A stretch of DNA of 60,660 nt from positions 1 to 60,660 of IMG/VR virus record IMGVR_UViG_3300032046_000026. The stretch is one strand, 5' to 3'. The position numbers and the translations under genes are program-made. Shown piece by piece: positions 24,722-34,844 of the stretch. The notes beneath the pieces are model-generated. The model was given only the letters and a program-made list of their open reading frames with translations, was not told where the DNA came from and searched no databases. The stretch's first letter is position 1, and each line of letters opens with the position of its first letter. Source of the stretch: a virus (Duplodnaviria > Caudoviricetes).

Positions 24722-27700
24722 CTACCTGTGCGGGATCGCGGCAAGATTGCCCATCCCAAATGTCGTGGTGGCGATATTCAGTTTCATGTTCGACCAGACC
24801 CCGCTCGCATCCATCGGCGTTAGTTTGCAGACAGCAAAAGCTGGTATATTTGTCGAAACATATAGCGTGTCGGACTCTGCATCATAAGCCGTATCTCTAG
24901 CAGCAACAGCCGCACCGACAAAATCCTGGAGTGTCTGCGAAGGCGAGACGATCCCGAAACTCGTTGCGTAATTGGTCGAGACCAGCGGTCGCCCAAAGTT
25001 GCCCGCGTTGTCTTCACGCCAGACAACGACCTTGCCGCCAAATGTTGCCCCGAGGCCCAAATAGGCGACGCTGGCATCATCTTCGGAGTAAACCGTTGTC
25101 CAGGTGACCCCCAGATCGTCGCTGATCATGATGCACCAGCGGGTAGCCCCCCCCGTTTCAAGCACACCGGAGGCCACGAACCTGCCGTTGGAGAGAATCG
25201 CCGCGTTAAAAGCCCACGGCACCCCAACTGTGCCAATGTTCGGACGTGTGCCGCCTAACGTCTCAGTCCAGGAAACCCCGCGATTGATCGTAGTGCGCGT
25301 GAAGCCATGCATGAACTTGTCCGTACCGAACAGGAACAACATGTTTTGATTAGACGGGTGCGCTGCAATGCACATTGCAACGTAGGTGCCGAATCCCGTA
25401 TCGGCAATCGACACCGTCCAGTTGTCGCCCTCGTCGTCGGAGTACCACACGGAGAATGACAGGGCACCAGCCCCGCCAACGATTGCCCAAATGCGCCCAC
25501 CCGCGTCTCGGCAGAAGGCTTGCGGTGGGCCTATCCCAGCATCGCCAGTGAGGGATGCGGAGAGCGCCGCCCAGGAGATTCCAGTGTTCTTCGTGTATGC
25601 GGGAACGCCCTCGTTGGTGCAGAACCAGTTGGTCGGGGTCGCGCAAAACGGGTATGGGTTGTTGTCCGTGACGCCTGTCATTGCCACAAGAGCCGACCAA
25701 GAGGAGGCGGTAAGATGCGTCGCCTCACGCGGGGAAGCGCTTGTTGTGGTGGCGAGTACACGGCCTGGCTCAACCAATCCTGGCGGGCCGATGGCGATCA
25801 TCTTGCCCCTGGCGCCGGCGGGGCAGGCAGGGAAGGGCGGCGCCGGCCGCGCCTTGTCTACGTTTGCGAAGCGATCCCAGGTCTTGTAAAGGGTGCCGTC
25901 GCTGGCCGTGCCCGACATGCGTTCCGCCGCCAGGAGATATGCCTGCTCAATCCCCGTCCACCAGTAAAGGGCCAGAATGTGGTTGCCCACGTCGCCGGCG
26001 TCCAGCGTAGCCGGCGCCAGGGCGATGGTGCCCACGCCGGCCACGATAGGCATGTTGTAGAGCAGATTGTCGTTGAAACCCACAACGTACTGGCCCGCCA
26101 CATCATTGCAGACCCACTTGCCGCGCGATTTCGCCAGGGCGCCGGCGTCGCCCAGGGCGCGTTTCCAATCGTTGCCGTCAAGGCCGCCGGACAGGCTGGT
26201 GTAGACGGCCGGCGTGTGGGTGGCGCTGTTGAGGATGATCGCCAGGCAGTCGCCGCCGTTGGCGGCGCCGATAATGTAAACGTCCGCCGGATGGCCGCTC
26301 ACCAACAGGTCGGCTTCCAGTTCGCCGGCGATCAGGCCCACGCCCCAGTTGTGGTCGCAGACGGCATCCCAGGCGTAAAACGGGTAGCCGGTGCCGGTGC
26401 CGCCCCAAATCCAGACGCCGCCAGCGACCGGCGTGCCGATACTGTTCAGCCGCAGGGTGGCGATCCCGAACTTCACGCGGCAGTCCTCATATAGCGCCCA
26501 GGTGGCGGCGTCGTCCAGCGAAACGTAGAGTTTGGCGTCCTCGGTGCAGGCCCACACGCGGTTCTTCACCACGATGTCCCACCAAACGCAGGCCATGGGG
26601 CTGCCCACGGCTGCCATGACCAGTGTGGGGGCCGTCGCGGCGTAGTCGGTCGTGCGGTAGATCGCGCCGGCGCTGGTGCCGTAGACGCCGATCCCGAAAT
26701 TCACACCGTCCGCCGCCTTGGCGCTGGTGCTGATACAACCGGCCAATACCTGATCGTACCAGTTGATCCCGCCATCCGGCGACCCGCTGGCGTCAGCATC
26801 GAACGCCAGGAACATGGCCGGTATGTAGACATCGGCGGCACTGGCAGCGAAGGAGATCGGCAGCGTGAGCGTGTCGGTGGCGCCCAGGTTGTCCGTGACG
26901 GTGAGGGTTATTTCCCACGGGCTGCTGATCAGCGCCGCGTCGACGCGCTGCGTCAGCACGGCCGTGGCGCCGGCAACCAGCCCCAGGTTGTCCGACCAGG
27001 CCCAGCTAACGATTGTGCCGTCCGGATCAACGCTGCCGCTGCCGTCCAGGCCCAGCAGGCACCATTCGCGGTCGCCCATGACCTCGCGGTCAACGGCGTG
27101 CGTGAAGAAGGCAAACGGCACCACGTTGATCGTGGCGCCGGCCTCGGGGCCGCCGATAGCCGTCAGCTGGGTGGTGAACTTGCCAGGGCTGAACTCCGAT
27201 TTGTACCCTTCCACAAACCAGCGGCCGGTGGTGCCGCTGTAGGCGGGGTCTTCGATGTTGCACGTGAGGCCCAGCATCACCTGGGGATCGCCGTCGATCT
27301 CGGCCCCCACCTGGGTCATGAGGCGGTTAGTGACGGCCACGCGGCGGCCTGCCACCAGGCCGGCCTTCACCGCCGTGTCGATGAACTGGTTGGGGAACAG
27401 CTCGTCATTATACGCCTGGCTGCCGTCGCCGTTAACCACCCATGGACTGTCGGCGTAGGCGTGTTCTTCGATGGTGATGCTGTCCTGGGTGAGATCGGGG
27501 TTCGTTGACGTGACGACGGCCCCGCGCACCCAGCATTGGTTCTTCACATCGCGCGCCTGCTGGGTGTAGGTGATGCGGCGCAGGCGGGGCCTGCCGCTCA
27601 CGATCCCCGTGGGGTAGCCTTCCACGATGCCCGTCAGCACGCCCGAGAAGTAGGTGCGCCAGCTGGTGGGGGCCGGCACCGGCTCGCGCACGTCCACCCG

Positions 27701-28240
27701 CACCGTGCCATCGGGCAGTTCATACCAGCGGCCGCCGTCGATTTCGGCCAGCTTGTTGATCGCCTCGCCATAGGTGGCGAACGTGACGGTTTGCGGTGCC
27801 ACGGTGCCTGGGGTGTAGGCAGGCAGATCGACGTGGTAGTGGGCAATCTCGGCCGCCGCGAACAAAGCATCGATCAGCTGGTGAACGGTTTTGGTGCCGT
27901 CCGCCGTCACCACCACCTTGTGGTAGTTGTTGTCGAGTGGGGCCGACATGCCCTGGCATTCAATCGTCTGCGCCCGTTCGTCGCCGGTGAGGTTCAGCAC
28001 CGTGCCGGTGAAGACGCGGGTGGTGATACCGTTGAATCCCTTCTCTACCTGCACGCTGGCGTTGAAAATGGCCGTGGCCGGCACCAGCGCAGCCCGCAGG
28101 CGGATGCTGCAGGTCGGCACCTTGCTGTGGGCGTAGGCGTAGGAAACGTTCAGCACCGCCGGCACGTTGACGCCGCCGATCACCACGCGGTAGGCGTCGG
28201 CGCGGGGATCGTTGTTCAGGTAGATGCTTTCTAGGGTCAT
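24722..28240 (-). CDS. Tail tip/hub protein with a PKD-like Ig domain and BNR-repeat beta-propellers
   Basis: N-terminal hub region; LDGSGSVDPDGTIVSWAW..TLTVTDN (PKD); repeated S.D.G..W boxes. Confidence 0.82.
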   Translation of the reverse strand: MTLESIYLNNDPRADAYRVVIGGVNVPAVLNVSYAYAHSKVPTCSIRLRAALVPATAIFNASVQVEKGFNGITTRVFTGTVLNLTGDERAQTIECQGMSAPLDNNYHKVVVTADGTKTVHQLIDALFAAAEIAHYHVDLPAYTPGTVAPQTVTFATYGEAINKLAEIDGGRWYELPDGTVRVDVREPVPAPTSWRTYFSGVLTGIVEGYPTGIVSGRPRLRRITYTQQARDVKNQCWVRGAVVTSTNPDLTQDSITIEEHAYADSPWVVNGDGSQAYNDELFPNQFIDTAVKAGLVAGRRVAVTNRLMTQVGAEIDGDPQVMLGLTCNIEDPAYSGTTGRWFVEGYKSEFSPGKFTTQLTAIGGPEAGATINVVPFAFFTHAVDREVMGDREWCLLGLDGSGSVDPDGTIVSWAWSDNLGLVAGATAVLTQRVDAALISSPWEITLTVTDNLGATDTLTLPISFAASAADVYIPAMFLAFDADASGSPDGGINWYDQVLAGCISTSAKAADGVNFGIGVYGTSAGAIYRTTDYAATAPTLVMAAVGSPMACVWWDIVVKNRVWACTEDAKLYVSLDDAATWALYEDCRVKFGIATLRLNSIGTPVAGGVWIWGGTGTGYPFYAWDAVCDHNWGVGLIAGELEADLLVSGHPADVYIIGAANGGDCLAIILNSATHTPAVYTSLSGGLDGNDWKRALGDAGALAKSRGKWVCNDVAGQYVVGFNDNLLYNMPIVAGVGTIALAPATLDAGDVGNHILALYWWTGIEQAYLLAAERMSGTASDGTLYKTWDRFANVDKARPAPPFPACPAGARGKMIAIGPPGLVEPGRVLATTTSASPREATHLTASSWSALVAMTGVTDNNPYPFCATPTNWFCTNEGVPAYTKNTGISWAALSASLTGDAGIGPPQAFCRDAGGRIWAIVGGAGALSFSVWYSDDEGDNWTVSIADTGFGTYVAMCIAAHPSNQNMLFLFGTDKFMHGFTRTTINRGVSWTETLGGTRPNIGTVGVPWAFNAAILSNGRFVASGVLETGGATRWCIMISDDLGVTWTTVYSEDDASVAYLGLGATFGGKVVVWREDNAGNFGRPLVSTNYATSFGIVSPSQTLQDFVGAAVAARDTAYDAESDTLYVSTNIPAFAVCKLTPMDASGVWSNMKLNIATTTFGMGNLAAIPHR

Positions 28241-28593
28241 TGCGCGATCAGCTCGATCCGCACCCGCCGGCTGGCCGCCGTGGTGCCGTAGGAACCCATC
28301 ACGGCGTCAAGGCAATCGCAGGCGTTCAGCAGGGCCAACTTGACGACCGGCACCGCCTCCCAGTCCGTGAGGTTGGCCGTGGTGTTCATAAGGGCCGCCA
28401 GGGCCGCCATGCGCGCCGGCGTAAGGTAGAATTCCAGCACGCGCCGGCCACCCGAGATTCCCATGGTTAGAACACTGTCGCGGGCAGCCCCCAGGTTGGT
28501 GTTGATATCGGAAATTGCCTTGCCTGGCGACCACCCGCTATCGGCGACCGGTTCCTCGTCGCCCGCGAACGTGAAGGCCCCGAATGCGGCCAT
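28237..28593 (-). CDS. Distal tail protein-like
   Basis: Between tape measure and tail tip; start MAAFGAFTF. Confidence 0.65.
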   Translation of the reverse strand: MAAFGAFTFAGDEEPVADSGWSPGKAISDINTNLGAARDSVLTMGISGGRRVLEFYLTPARMAALAALMNTTANLTDWEAVPVVKLALLNACDCLDAVMGSYGTTAASRRVRIELIAQ

Positions 28594-28601
28594 GGTTCCC
28601 C

Positions 28602-31600
28602 CTATCCCACGTAAGGACTGAGTGGCGCGCCGGCCAGGTAGGTGTGCCGTTCTGCTTGGCCCATCGCTTCGTTCAGGGCGCGGTCGGCTTCCGCGTGCAT
28701 GGCGCGGCGGATCGCATCCCAGTCGTAGCCGTGGAAGGCCCAGCTGAATTGGAATACCGGCGCCCCGCGCTGATCGGGCCGCAGGATCTCCTCGCCGCCG
28801 TGCACCATGGCCAGCACCGGCGCCCCGAGCGGGCCTGGCACGATCCCACCCTGGTCGAAGTCCAGCGTGGGGATCGGGTTGTCCGGTATATCGAAGCCGA
28901 TCCAGTGGCCCATGATCGAGACGCCCAGCTTGTCGGGGATTATGGCGTTGATCGCGTTGATCCCCGCGTTGATCGCCGTCTTGAACACGGCCAGGATCGC
29001 ACCCGTCAAATCGCCCAGGGCTTCCGGCACGGCTTTCAGGCCCGACATGATCCCGTCGAAAATGGCGCCGCCCAGGCCCAGCGCGCCGCTGAAAAGGCTG
29101 CCGGCCAGGCCGGCCAGCCGCCCAGGCAGGGCGGCAATGGCACCCACCACGCCTTCGACAATCTCCCACGCCTTGCCCGTGAGATCGTTGAGGGCGCCGC
29201 CGGTGATTTCGTTGACCTGATTCCAGCCGGCCTTGAAGCCCTCCACCAGCTGGCCCACAAACCACGACACGGCCTGGCCAATCGGCGTGGCCATGATCGC
29301 CCCGAGCACGTCACCCAGGGCGCCCGTAACAACGCCCACCAGGCCGGCCGCCCCAGTGAGGGCGCCCCTGGCGATCTCCGGTATCTTACCGAACGCCTCT
29401 GCGATCCAGCGCGGCACGTTCTGCGCGAACTCGATGAACAGCCGCCCCGCACCGGCCAGGATGCCAGGCAGGGACGCAAAGGCTTCCGCGATCCAGCCAG
29501 GCACGGACGCAGCGAACTTCTTTATCGCAACCGCCAGGTCGGCAAACAGGCCAGGGATCGCCTTCACAGCTTCAACGAACAGACCAGGCACCGCCTTGAG
29601 AGCGTTGCCGATCCAGCCAGGGATGGACGTAGCGAACTTCTGGATCGCGTTGCCTACCGGCCCCAGTAAGCCAGGGATGGCCTTGAAGGCACCGCCCAGC
29701 CAGCCGCCGACTAGGCCGGCCAGGCCGGCAAAGGCGCCGCCGATTTTGCCCCACGGTATCTTCCGGAAAATGCCAGCGATCCCCTCAGCCATAGCGGGCG
29801 CTACGCGCGTTATCAGCAGCGCCGGAATGCCCAGGAGGGCGAACACCAGCGCGCCGGCGATGAAGCCGGCCACGGCGCCGGCCCAGGCGGGCAGGGAGGC
29901 CGCGAACTGCGGTAGGGCCTCAGTAAACAGGCGCGGGAGGGTGTCTTTGAAGAACGGGCCGAGTTTTTCACGGAATACCACAGCGAGGGCCGTAAGAATG
30001 AGGGCCACCACAACGGCGGCGATGATGACCCAGCCGACAGGCGTTATGGCCACCAGGGTTGCGCCAACGGCAGCGGCCGCCGACGATATGGCGCCGCTGA
30101 TCGCCGTCGTTATGGCGGTTATGGAGATCCCGCTGCCGAGGGAGGCACCGATACCCGCTATGACGCCGCTGGCGAACAGGCCGATTGCCTTGAGGACTTC
30201 CGGTGAACCGCCAAGGCCGCCAAGGACGTTCGCCATCAGGGCGGCAAACCAGCCCTTCGCCCCTTCGCCCGCGTCCGCTGGTGGTGTTATGTCGACGCTC
30301 TGCGTTACGGTGCCGGTCACGGGATTGAGTACGTCGATGATCTTGGCGCCCGTGCGGATAACGTTCTGGAAGACGGTGCCAGCCACGTCGGCCAGGAATT
30401 CGATGATCTTGGCGCCCGTGCGCACCACGTTTTGGGTGATCGTGACGGCCTTGTTCACCAGCTGGGCGGTGGCCGAAACAAAGTCTCCCACCGCCCCGAT
30501 CACATCTTTCAGCACCCCGAGCGGGAATGTCACAATGCCCAGGGCAAAGTCGGCAATCGCCCCAACGAACCCGACGACGGTGGTTATCACCATGGCGACA
30601 AGCAGGGCCGCCACGGCGTCCGCTACCAGGGGGATGAAACGGCTGAGGATATCAAAGTTGTCCGCCGCTGATCGGCCGTCGGGCAACAGATCGGCTATCC
30701 TTTGGCCCCATTCGAAGACCGCGCCAGCAGCCTTTAGGAGCCATTCTGCGATGCTTTTCAGGTTGTTAACCGTTTCGCCCAGCAACAGGAAGAAGGCGGC
30801 CAGCGGGGTGTGCGCGCCCTTGAAGTATTCGTCTAGGGTATCCCCCGTTTTGACGACGTGTTTCAGGTATGTCCACAGCCCGATGAAAACGGTAGTGAGC
30901 CATTGAACCGACTTGCCGAGGCCCTGGCGGATGATCGGTTGGGCCTTGATTAGCAGGTTCAGCAACTTCGTCACGACGGGGATCACCGCGATGCCGATCA
31001 CCAGCTTGAGGCCGCCAACCGCTTCCGTGAGCGTTTTGTGCGCGACGGAATATTGCTTGATCTTGGCGGCGTTCTCGGCCGAGAGCACCAGGCCCAGCTT
31101 GTTGGCTTCGGCCGCCAGGTCGGCCATGCCCTGGCTGCCCAGGTTCAGCAGCGGGATCATGTCCTTGCCGCTGCGGCCGAACAGTTGCATGGCCAGGCCC
31201 GTCTTTTCGATCCCGTCCGGCATGCCCTTGAACACATCGGCCAGCTCGGGCATCAGTTCGGTCATGGGGCGCAGGTTGCCGGCACCGTCGGTTGCCTGTA
31301 TGCCGATATCGGCCAGGATTTGGGCGGTTGATTTGCCGCCGGTGGCGACGCCCGTTTCTTCGTCCTGGACGCCTTTCAGTTTCTTGGCCAGGATGCCAAG
31401 GCTGGCGCTGGCGGCGTCCGAATCGAGGCCGACGCGGCGGAAGGCAAAAAGCATCTCCGACGACTGTTCGGTGGTCATGCCGGTTTCGCGGGCCAGCTTG
31501 CGCACGGAGGCGGCATATTCGTCGGTGTAGCTTATGGCGCTGGCGACGGTCTTGACGGAGAAGATAGCGGCAATGGCCCCGCCGGCAATAGCGGCGGCGG

Positions 31601-31766
31601 CGGCGATCTTGGTCATGACGGCCGACGACCGGCTGCCCATCTCCTCGGCTTTTTGGGCAGCCTGGCCCGTCGCCTTGTCGACGCCGGTTAGCAGTTGGTT
31701 GGCGTCAACGCCAAGCTCAACCAGTAGGCGCTCGACGACGTTGCCGCCGCCGACACCTGGGGCCAT
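28602..31766 (-). CDS. Tail tape measure protein
   Basis: 1054 aa, Ala/Gly-rich helical; LFGRSG..MIPLLN; periodic Trp/Phe repeats. Confidence 0.93.
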   Translation of the reverse strand: MAPGVGGGNVVERLLVELGVDANQLLTGVDKATGQAAQKAEEMGSRSSAVMTKIAAAAAIAGGAIAAIFSVKTVASAISYTDEYAASVRKLARETGMTTEQSSEMLFAFRRVGLDSDAASASLGILAKKLKGVQDEETGVATGGKSTAQILADIGIQATDGAGNLRPMTELMPELADVFKGMPDGIEKTGLAMQLFGRSGKDMIPLLNLGSQGMADLAAEANKLGLVLSAENAAKIKQYSVAHKTLTEAVGGLKLVIGIAVIPVVTKLLNLLIKAQPIIRQGLGKSVQWLTTVFIGLWTYLKHVVKTGDTLDEYFKGAHTPLAAFFLLLGETVNNLKSIAEWLLKAAGAVFEWGQRIADLLPDGRSAADNFDILSRFIPLVADAVAALLVAMVITTVVGFVGAIADFALGIVTFPLGVLKDVIGAVGDFVSATAQLVNKAVTITQNVVRTGAKIIEFLADVAGTVFQNVIRTGAKIIDVLNPVTGTVTQSVDITPPADAGEGAKGWFAALMANVLGGLGGSPEVLKAIGLFASGVIAGIGASLGSGISITAITTAISGAISSAAAAVGATLVAITPVGWVIIAAVVVALILTALAVVFREKLGPFFKDTLPRLFTEALPQFAASLPAWAGAVAGFIAGALVFALLGIPALLITRVAPAMAEGIAGIFRKIPWGKIGGAFAGLAGLVGGWLGGAFKAIPGLLGPVGNAIQKFATSIPGWIGNALKAVPGLFVEAVKAIPGLFADLAVAIKKFAASVPGWIAEAFASLPGILAGAGRLFIEFAQNVPRWIAEAFGKIPEIARGALTGAAGLVGVVTGALGDVLGAIMATPIGQAVSWFVGQLVEGFKAGWNQVNEITGGALNDLTGKAWEIVEGVVGAIAALPGRLAGLAGSLFSGALGLGGAIFDGIMSGLKAVPEALGDLTGAILAVFKTAINAGINAINAIIPDKLGVSIMGHWIGFDIPDNPIPTLDFDQGGIVPGPLGAPVLAMVHGGEEILRPDQRGAPVFQFSWAFHGYDWDAIRRAMHAEADRALNEAMGQAERHTYLAGAPLSPYVG

Positions 31767-31768
31767 GT

Positions 31769-32230
31769 TTACTCCCTGGGCGCCTCAGCCGGCGCAGGGC
31801 CGGCGGCCTTGGGCGTTAGGGCCGTGATCTGCGACATGAGTTCCGCCGCGCCGCCCAGGGCGCTTCGGAAATCGACGGCGGTGATCGCTGCCACCACGGC
31901 CGCGATAGCCTCCGTCAGCGGCGCATCGCCCAGCGTTTGCTGGTCGATGTCCGTCAGCAGGTGGCCCAGCGTGATCAGGTTTTCCGCCCCGAACAAGGGC
32001 AACAGCACCTCGATCACGTCGAACAGGATCGTCGCGTTGCGTTCCTGGTCTTCTGTGCTGGCCGCCGTCAAGGTGGGCGGGTTGGTGATGATCCCGCTGA
32101 TTGTGCCGCGCAGCTGCACCAGGTAGGGCGTGATCAGGGCCGCCGCCTCTAGGCCGCGCCGCGCCGACAGGGGCGGGATCGTGTATTCGGTGCCCCCCAA
32201 TTTGACCGTGACCGCTTCCGTTGATGGCAT
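31769..32230 (-). CDS. Tail assembly chaperone (gpG-like)
   Basis: Immediately before the tape measure gene; VKLGGTEYTIPPLS. Confidence 0.7.
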   Translation of the reverse strand: MPSTEAVTVKLGGTEYTIPPLSARRGLEAAALITPYLVQLRGTISGIITNPPTLTAASTEDQERNATILFDVIEVLLPLFGAENLITLGHLLTDIDQQTLGDAPLTEAIAAVVAAITAVDFRSALGGAAELMSQITALTPKAAGPAPAEAPRE

Positions 32231-32236
32231 TGGGCG

Positions 32237-32893
32237 CTACTCCTTCGCTATGAAATCAGTCCCCCGCACGATGATCCCCTGGGGCTGGAAACGCGCCGGC
32301 AATGGTGGCGCCGGCCGGCCCGCCTTTGGTGGTGGCGCCCAGCGCAACGGCGGGAAGCGCAGCCGTTTGCCCTTGGCGTCCACGGGGCCGGCGATTGCCC
32401 ATTCGAACTCCTGCTCCTCGTGTTTGATCACCACCGCTTCCTGCAGGTAGCAGATCGCCTCCTCAGGCCCCAGCTCAAGGATATGGTCGACTGGCCACCC
32501 GTAGGCATGGGCCAGGCGCACAACGATGCTGGAAAGGGCGCGGTTGGGGTAGTCTTCGCCGCTGCGCCGGCCTCCCTGGGCGCCGGTGGCCACCAGGATC
32601 GGCAAGGTGCCGTGCAGGGCGTTCAGGGTGGCCAAGGTATCGACGCCGGCCAAGGCTTCGGCCAGGGTGGCGCCCAGCGCCTCGGGATCAACGCCGGTGG
32701 CCAGCTGCAGGAAGGACAGGATCGCGCTGGGGGCCTTGCCCGTGGTGGCGATCTCGCCCAGGGCGACCTGCAGGGCATAGTGCCGGCCCAGGCGAGCGCG
32801 GGGCACGACAACAACGTGGCCGCCCAATGTAACCTGGGCGGCCGCGTCTTTCAGCCGTAGGGCCTCAAGATAGTCGATGGGCGCCTGTCGCAT
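32237..32893 (-). CDS. Tail assembly chaperone (gpGT-like)
   Basis: After the major tail gene; VTLGGHVVVVP N-terminus; LAHAYGWPVDHILEL is T-like. Confidence 0.65.
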   Translation of the reverse strand: MRQAPIDYLEALRLKDAAAQVTLGGHVVVVPRARLGRHYALQVALGEIATTGKAPSAILSFLQLATGVDPEALGATLAEALAGVDTLATLNALHGTLPILVATGAQGGRRSGEDYPNRALSSIVVRLAHAYGWPVDHILELGPEEAICYLQEAVVIKHEEQEFEWAIAGPVDAKGKRLRFPPLRWAPPPKAGRPAPPLPARFQPQGIIVRGTDFIAKE

Positions 32894-32910
32894 ATTCAGT
32901 TAAGGGCCGA

Positions 32911-33549
32911 CTAGAGAACGCTGGGATCGTACCTCAGCAGTTCACCAAAGCGGTGGGCCGCCGGCTTGGCCGTGTCCGCCATGATCATCATCCGCACCTG
33001 CAGGTTCCAGGCGTCGCCGTAGGGCATGGCCAGCGGCGTGGCCTCCACCACCTGCACCTTGTGGAACTGGAAGGCGACAAAGTCGCCCGTGTCCTCGTCG
33101 TAGACCCGCGACAGGAACACGTGCCAGAAGATGTTCTGTGGCAGCACGCCCAGGGGCATCTTCTCGGTTTCTTCGGCGAGGTTGTGCACCACCGTGCCGC
33201 CGCCCAGTATCTTCGTCAAGATCGACAGGGGCAGCATGGCCTTCAAGGTGAAAGCCAGCTCGAAGTTGTCGCGCCGCTGCATGTTGGCCACGATGCCAGC
33301 GGCCGCGCACTTCACCACCGTCTCCGTGCGGGCGTCGCGCAGCTGCAGGTCGTCGTAGCAGCCCACCTCGAACAGGTTGGCGGCGGCGGTGCCACTCATG
33401 CCGTAGTAGAAGCCGTCGCTGTCGGGGTTGTTGTTGTAGGTGGCGCCCCAGTCCTGCATCCAGATGTTGGGGCCGCCTTCGAGATAGAGGGCCTCGGCGT
33501 TGATGATCGGGCCGACTGGGGTTGCGGTGCCGGTTCCTAGTGTGGGCAT
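32911..33549 (-). CDS. Major tail tube protein
   Basis: Position, size, strong SD and late motif upstream. Confidence 0.8.
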   Translation of the reverse strand: MPTLGTGTATPVGPIINAEALYLEGGPNIWMQDWGATYNNNPDSDGFYYGMSGTAAANLFEVGCYDDLQLRDARTETVVKCAAAGIVANMQRRDNFELAFTLKAMLPLSILTKILGGGTVVHNLAEETEKMPLGVLPQNIFWHVFLSRVYDEDTGDFVAFQFHKVQVVEATPLAMPYGDAWNLQVRMMIMADTAKPAAHRFGELLRYDPSVL

Positions 33550-33603
33550 TCTTCCCTCCTCAAGCCGGCGCGGGCGCGACGCCGATGGTTTGCTGCTACC
33601 TCT

Positions 33604-33612
33604 ATGGTCGAC
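33604..33612 (-). promoter_or_regulatory. Putative late promoter motif GTCGACCAT (tail operon)
   Basis: Intergenic; TAAA 17 nt upstream. Confidence 0.72.
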
Positions 33613-33630
33613 AGCGGGCAGGGGGCCGTT

Positions 33631-34047
33631 TTAAGTCTTCATGGCCACGGTGGCGAAAACGATCTCGCCGCGCCAGATCGTGTCTTCGCGGGCGGGGTAG
33701 CTGGTCATCTCGGGGCGCAGTTGCATGCTGGTCAGCCCCGTGCCGGCCAGGCGTTTGCCTTGGATCGCGTTGCGCACCAGGGCCATCACCTGCAGGCATT
33801 CGGCGCTGCTGTCGTCCTTGCTCAGCACGATCAGGCGGCCGGCCAGGGCCAGGTTGGCCTCGGCGCATTGGCCGGTGCCCCAGGGCGAATCACTGGTGAC
33901 GGCCACGCGCACGGCGGGGTATTCAAAGCCCGTGCCCCGCCACTCAGCCTCTTTGATCCGGTCGGCAGCGGTCAGTTTGGCAACCAGCGGCAGGTCGGCT
34001 TTCAGCAGGCTTATGACGGCGGCTTGGATCAGCTCCGGTGACAGCAT
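33631..34047 (-). CDS. Tail terminator/completion protein
   Basis: IQAAVISLLKAD...YPAVRV; position. Confidence 0.7.
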   Translation of the reverse strand: MLSPELIQAAVISLLKADLPLVAKLTAADRIKEAEWRGTGFEYPAVRVAVTSDSPWGTGQCAEANLALAGRLIVLSKDDSSAECLQVMALVRNAIQGKRLAGTGLTSMQLRPEMTSYPAREDTIWRGEIVFATVAMKT

Positions 34048-34473
34048 CTAGGGCCTCCCCGTGTGCGCGGCCAGGGCCGCCAGGCCGATCCGCAGCTGGG
34101 CCAGGAACACCTGGGTGGCCTCGGCTTTGCTCTCCTCAAAGGCCGGCCGCAGCCAGGGCATAGTGGCCCCCTTTGCCTGCGAAATCGGGCCTGGGTGCTT
34201 GCCCGCGATGTATTGGTCGTCCTCGGTGTAAATGCCGTAGTCGACGGTGGGGCCGATCTGCACCCACTGTTGCTTGCCCCGCCAGATCGGTTCGTCAACC
34301 GTGATCCCGCGCATCATGCGGCCGGTGTCAACCAGCGCCCGCTGCTGCGCCCGCTGGCGCACGATCAGGCCGGCCTTGTGCAGCCCCAGGGCATTGTTGG
34401 CGTCGAGCAGGCGGGCGTTCGTCCTGACGTTGTACGTCCGCCGCACGCGGTGCTGCCCAGGCCCGCCGGCCAC
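34048..34473 (-). CDS. HK97 gp10-like neck protein
   Basis: VDTGRM..GI...VDYGIY.E...PWLRPAFE; GTG start at 34473. Confidence 0.78.
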   Translation of the reverse strand: MAGGPGQHRVRRTYNVRTNARLLDANNALGLHKAGLIVRQRAQQRALVDTGRMMRGITVDEPIWRGKQQWVQIGPTVDYGIYTEDDQYIAGKHPGPISQAKGATMPWLRPAFEESKAEATQVFLAQLRIGLAALAAHTGRP

Positions 34474-34841
34474 TATTCCTCCCTGTCGGCGTAGGCGCTG
34501 TGCACCGCCGTCAGCTGGATATGGGATCGCGGGTGGCCCACCGGCAGGCTGGATCGCTGCACGGCCGTTATGCGCAACTTCTGGCCGGCCCAGGGGCCGC
34601 TGCGCGGGATCGCAATGTCCTCGGAACGGATCGCGGGGTAGCGGTCGGGCCACACGATGATCTCCATGCTGCGCACCGTCTCGATGCCCTGCAGGCGCAT
34701 GGCCAGGGGGATGCGGTCGTTGGCGATCCGCGCGCCCACGCCAGCGTAGCGGATCGCGTCCGTGCGAACCGCCCCGCCGACAGGATCATCTGCTCCTTCG
34801 ATCTGCTGGTAGATGTCCAGCAGCACGTTGATGCCCTGCAT
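34473..34841 (-). CDS. Head closure/stopper protein
   Basis: DDPVGG..., position in connector module. Confidence 0.7.
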   Translation of the reverse strand: MQGINVLLDIYQQIEGADDPVGGAVRTDAIRYAGVGARIANDRIPLAMRLQGIETVRSMEIIVWPDRYPAIRSEDIAIPRSGPWAGQKLRITAVQRSSLPVGHPRSHIQLTAVHSAYADREE

Positions 34842-34844
34842 CGC

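Noticed and set aside
28237-29265. 342-aa ORF as listed in the track
   Set aside because: The N-terminus is off-frame tape measure sequence; the real start is ATG 28593
30334-30422. 23-nt direct repeat with a 66-nt period (CRISPR-like spacing)
   Set aside because: Only two copies, in frame within the tape measure gene (RTGAKII repeat); no cas genes
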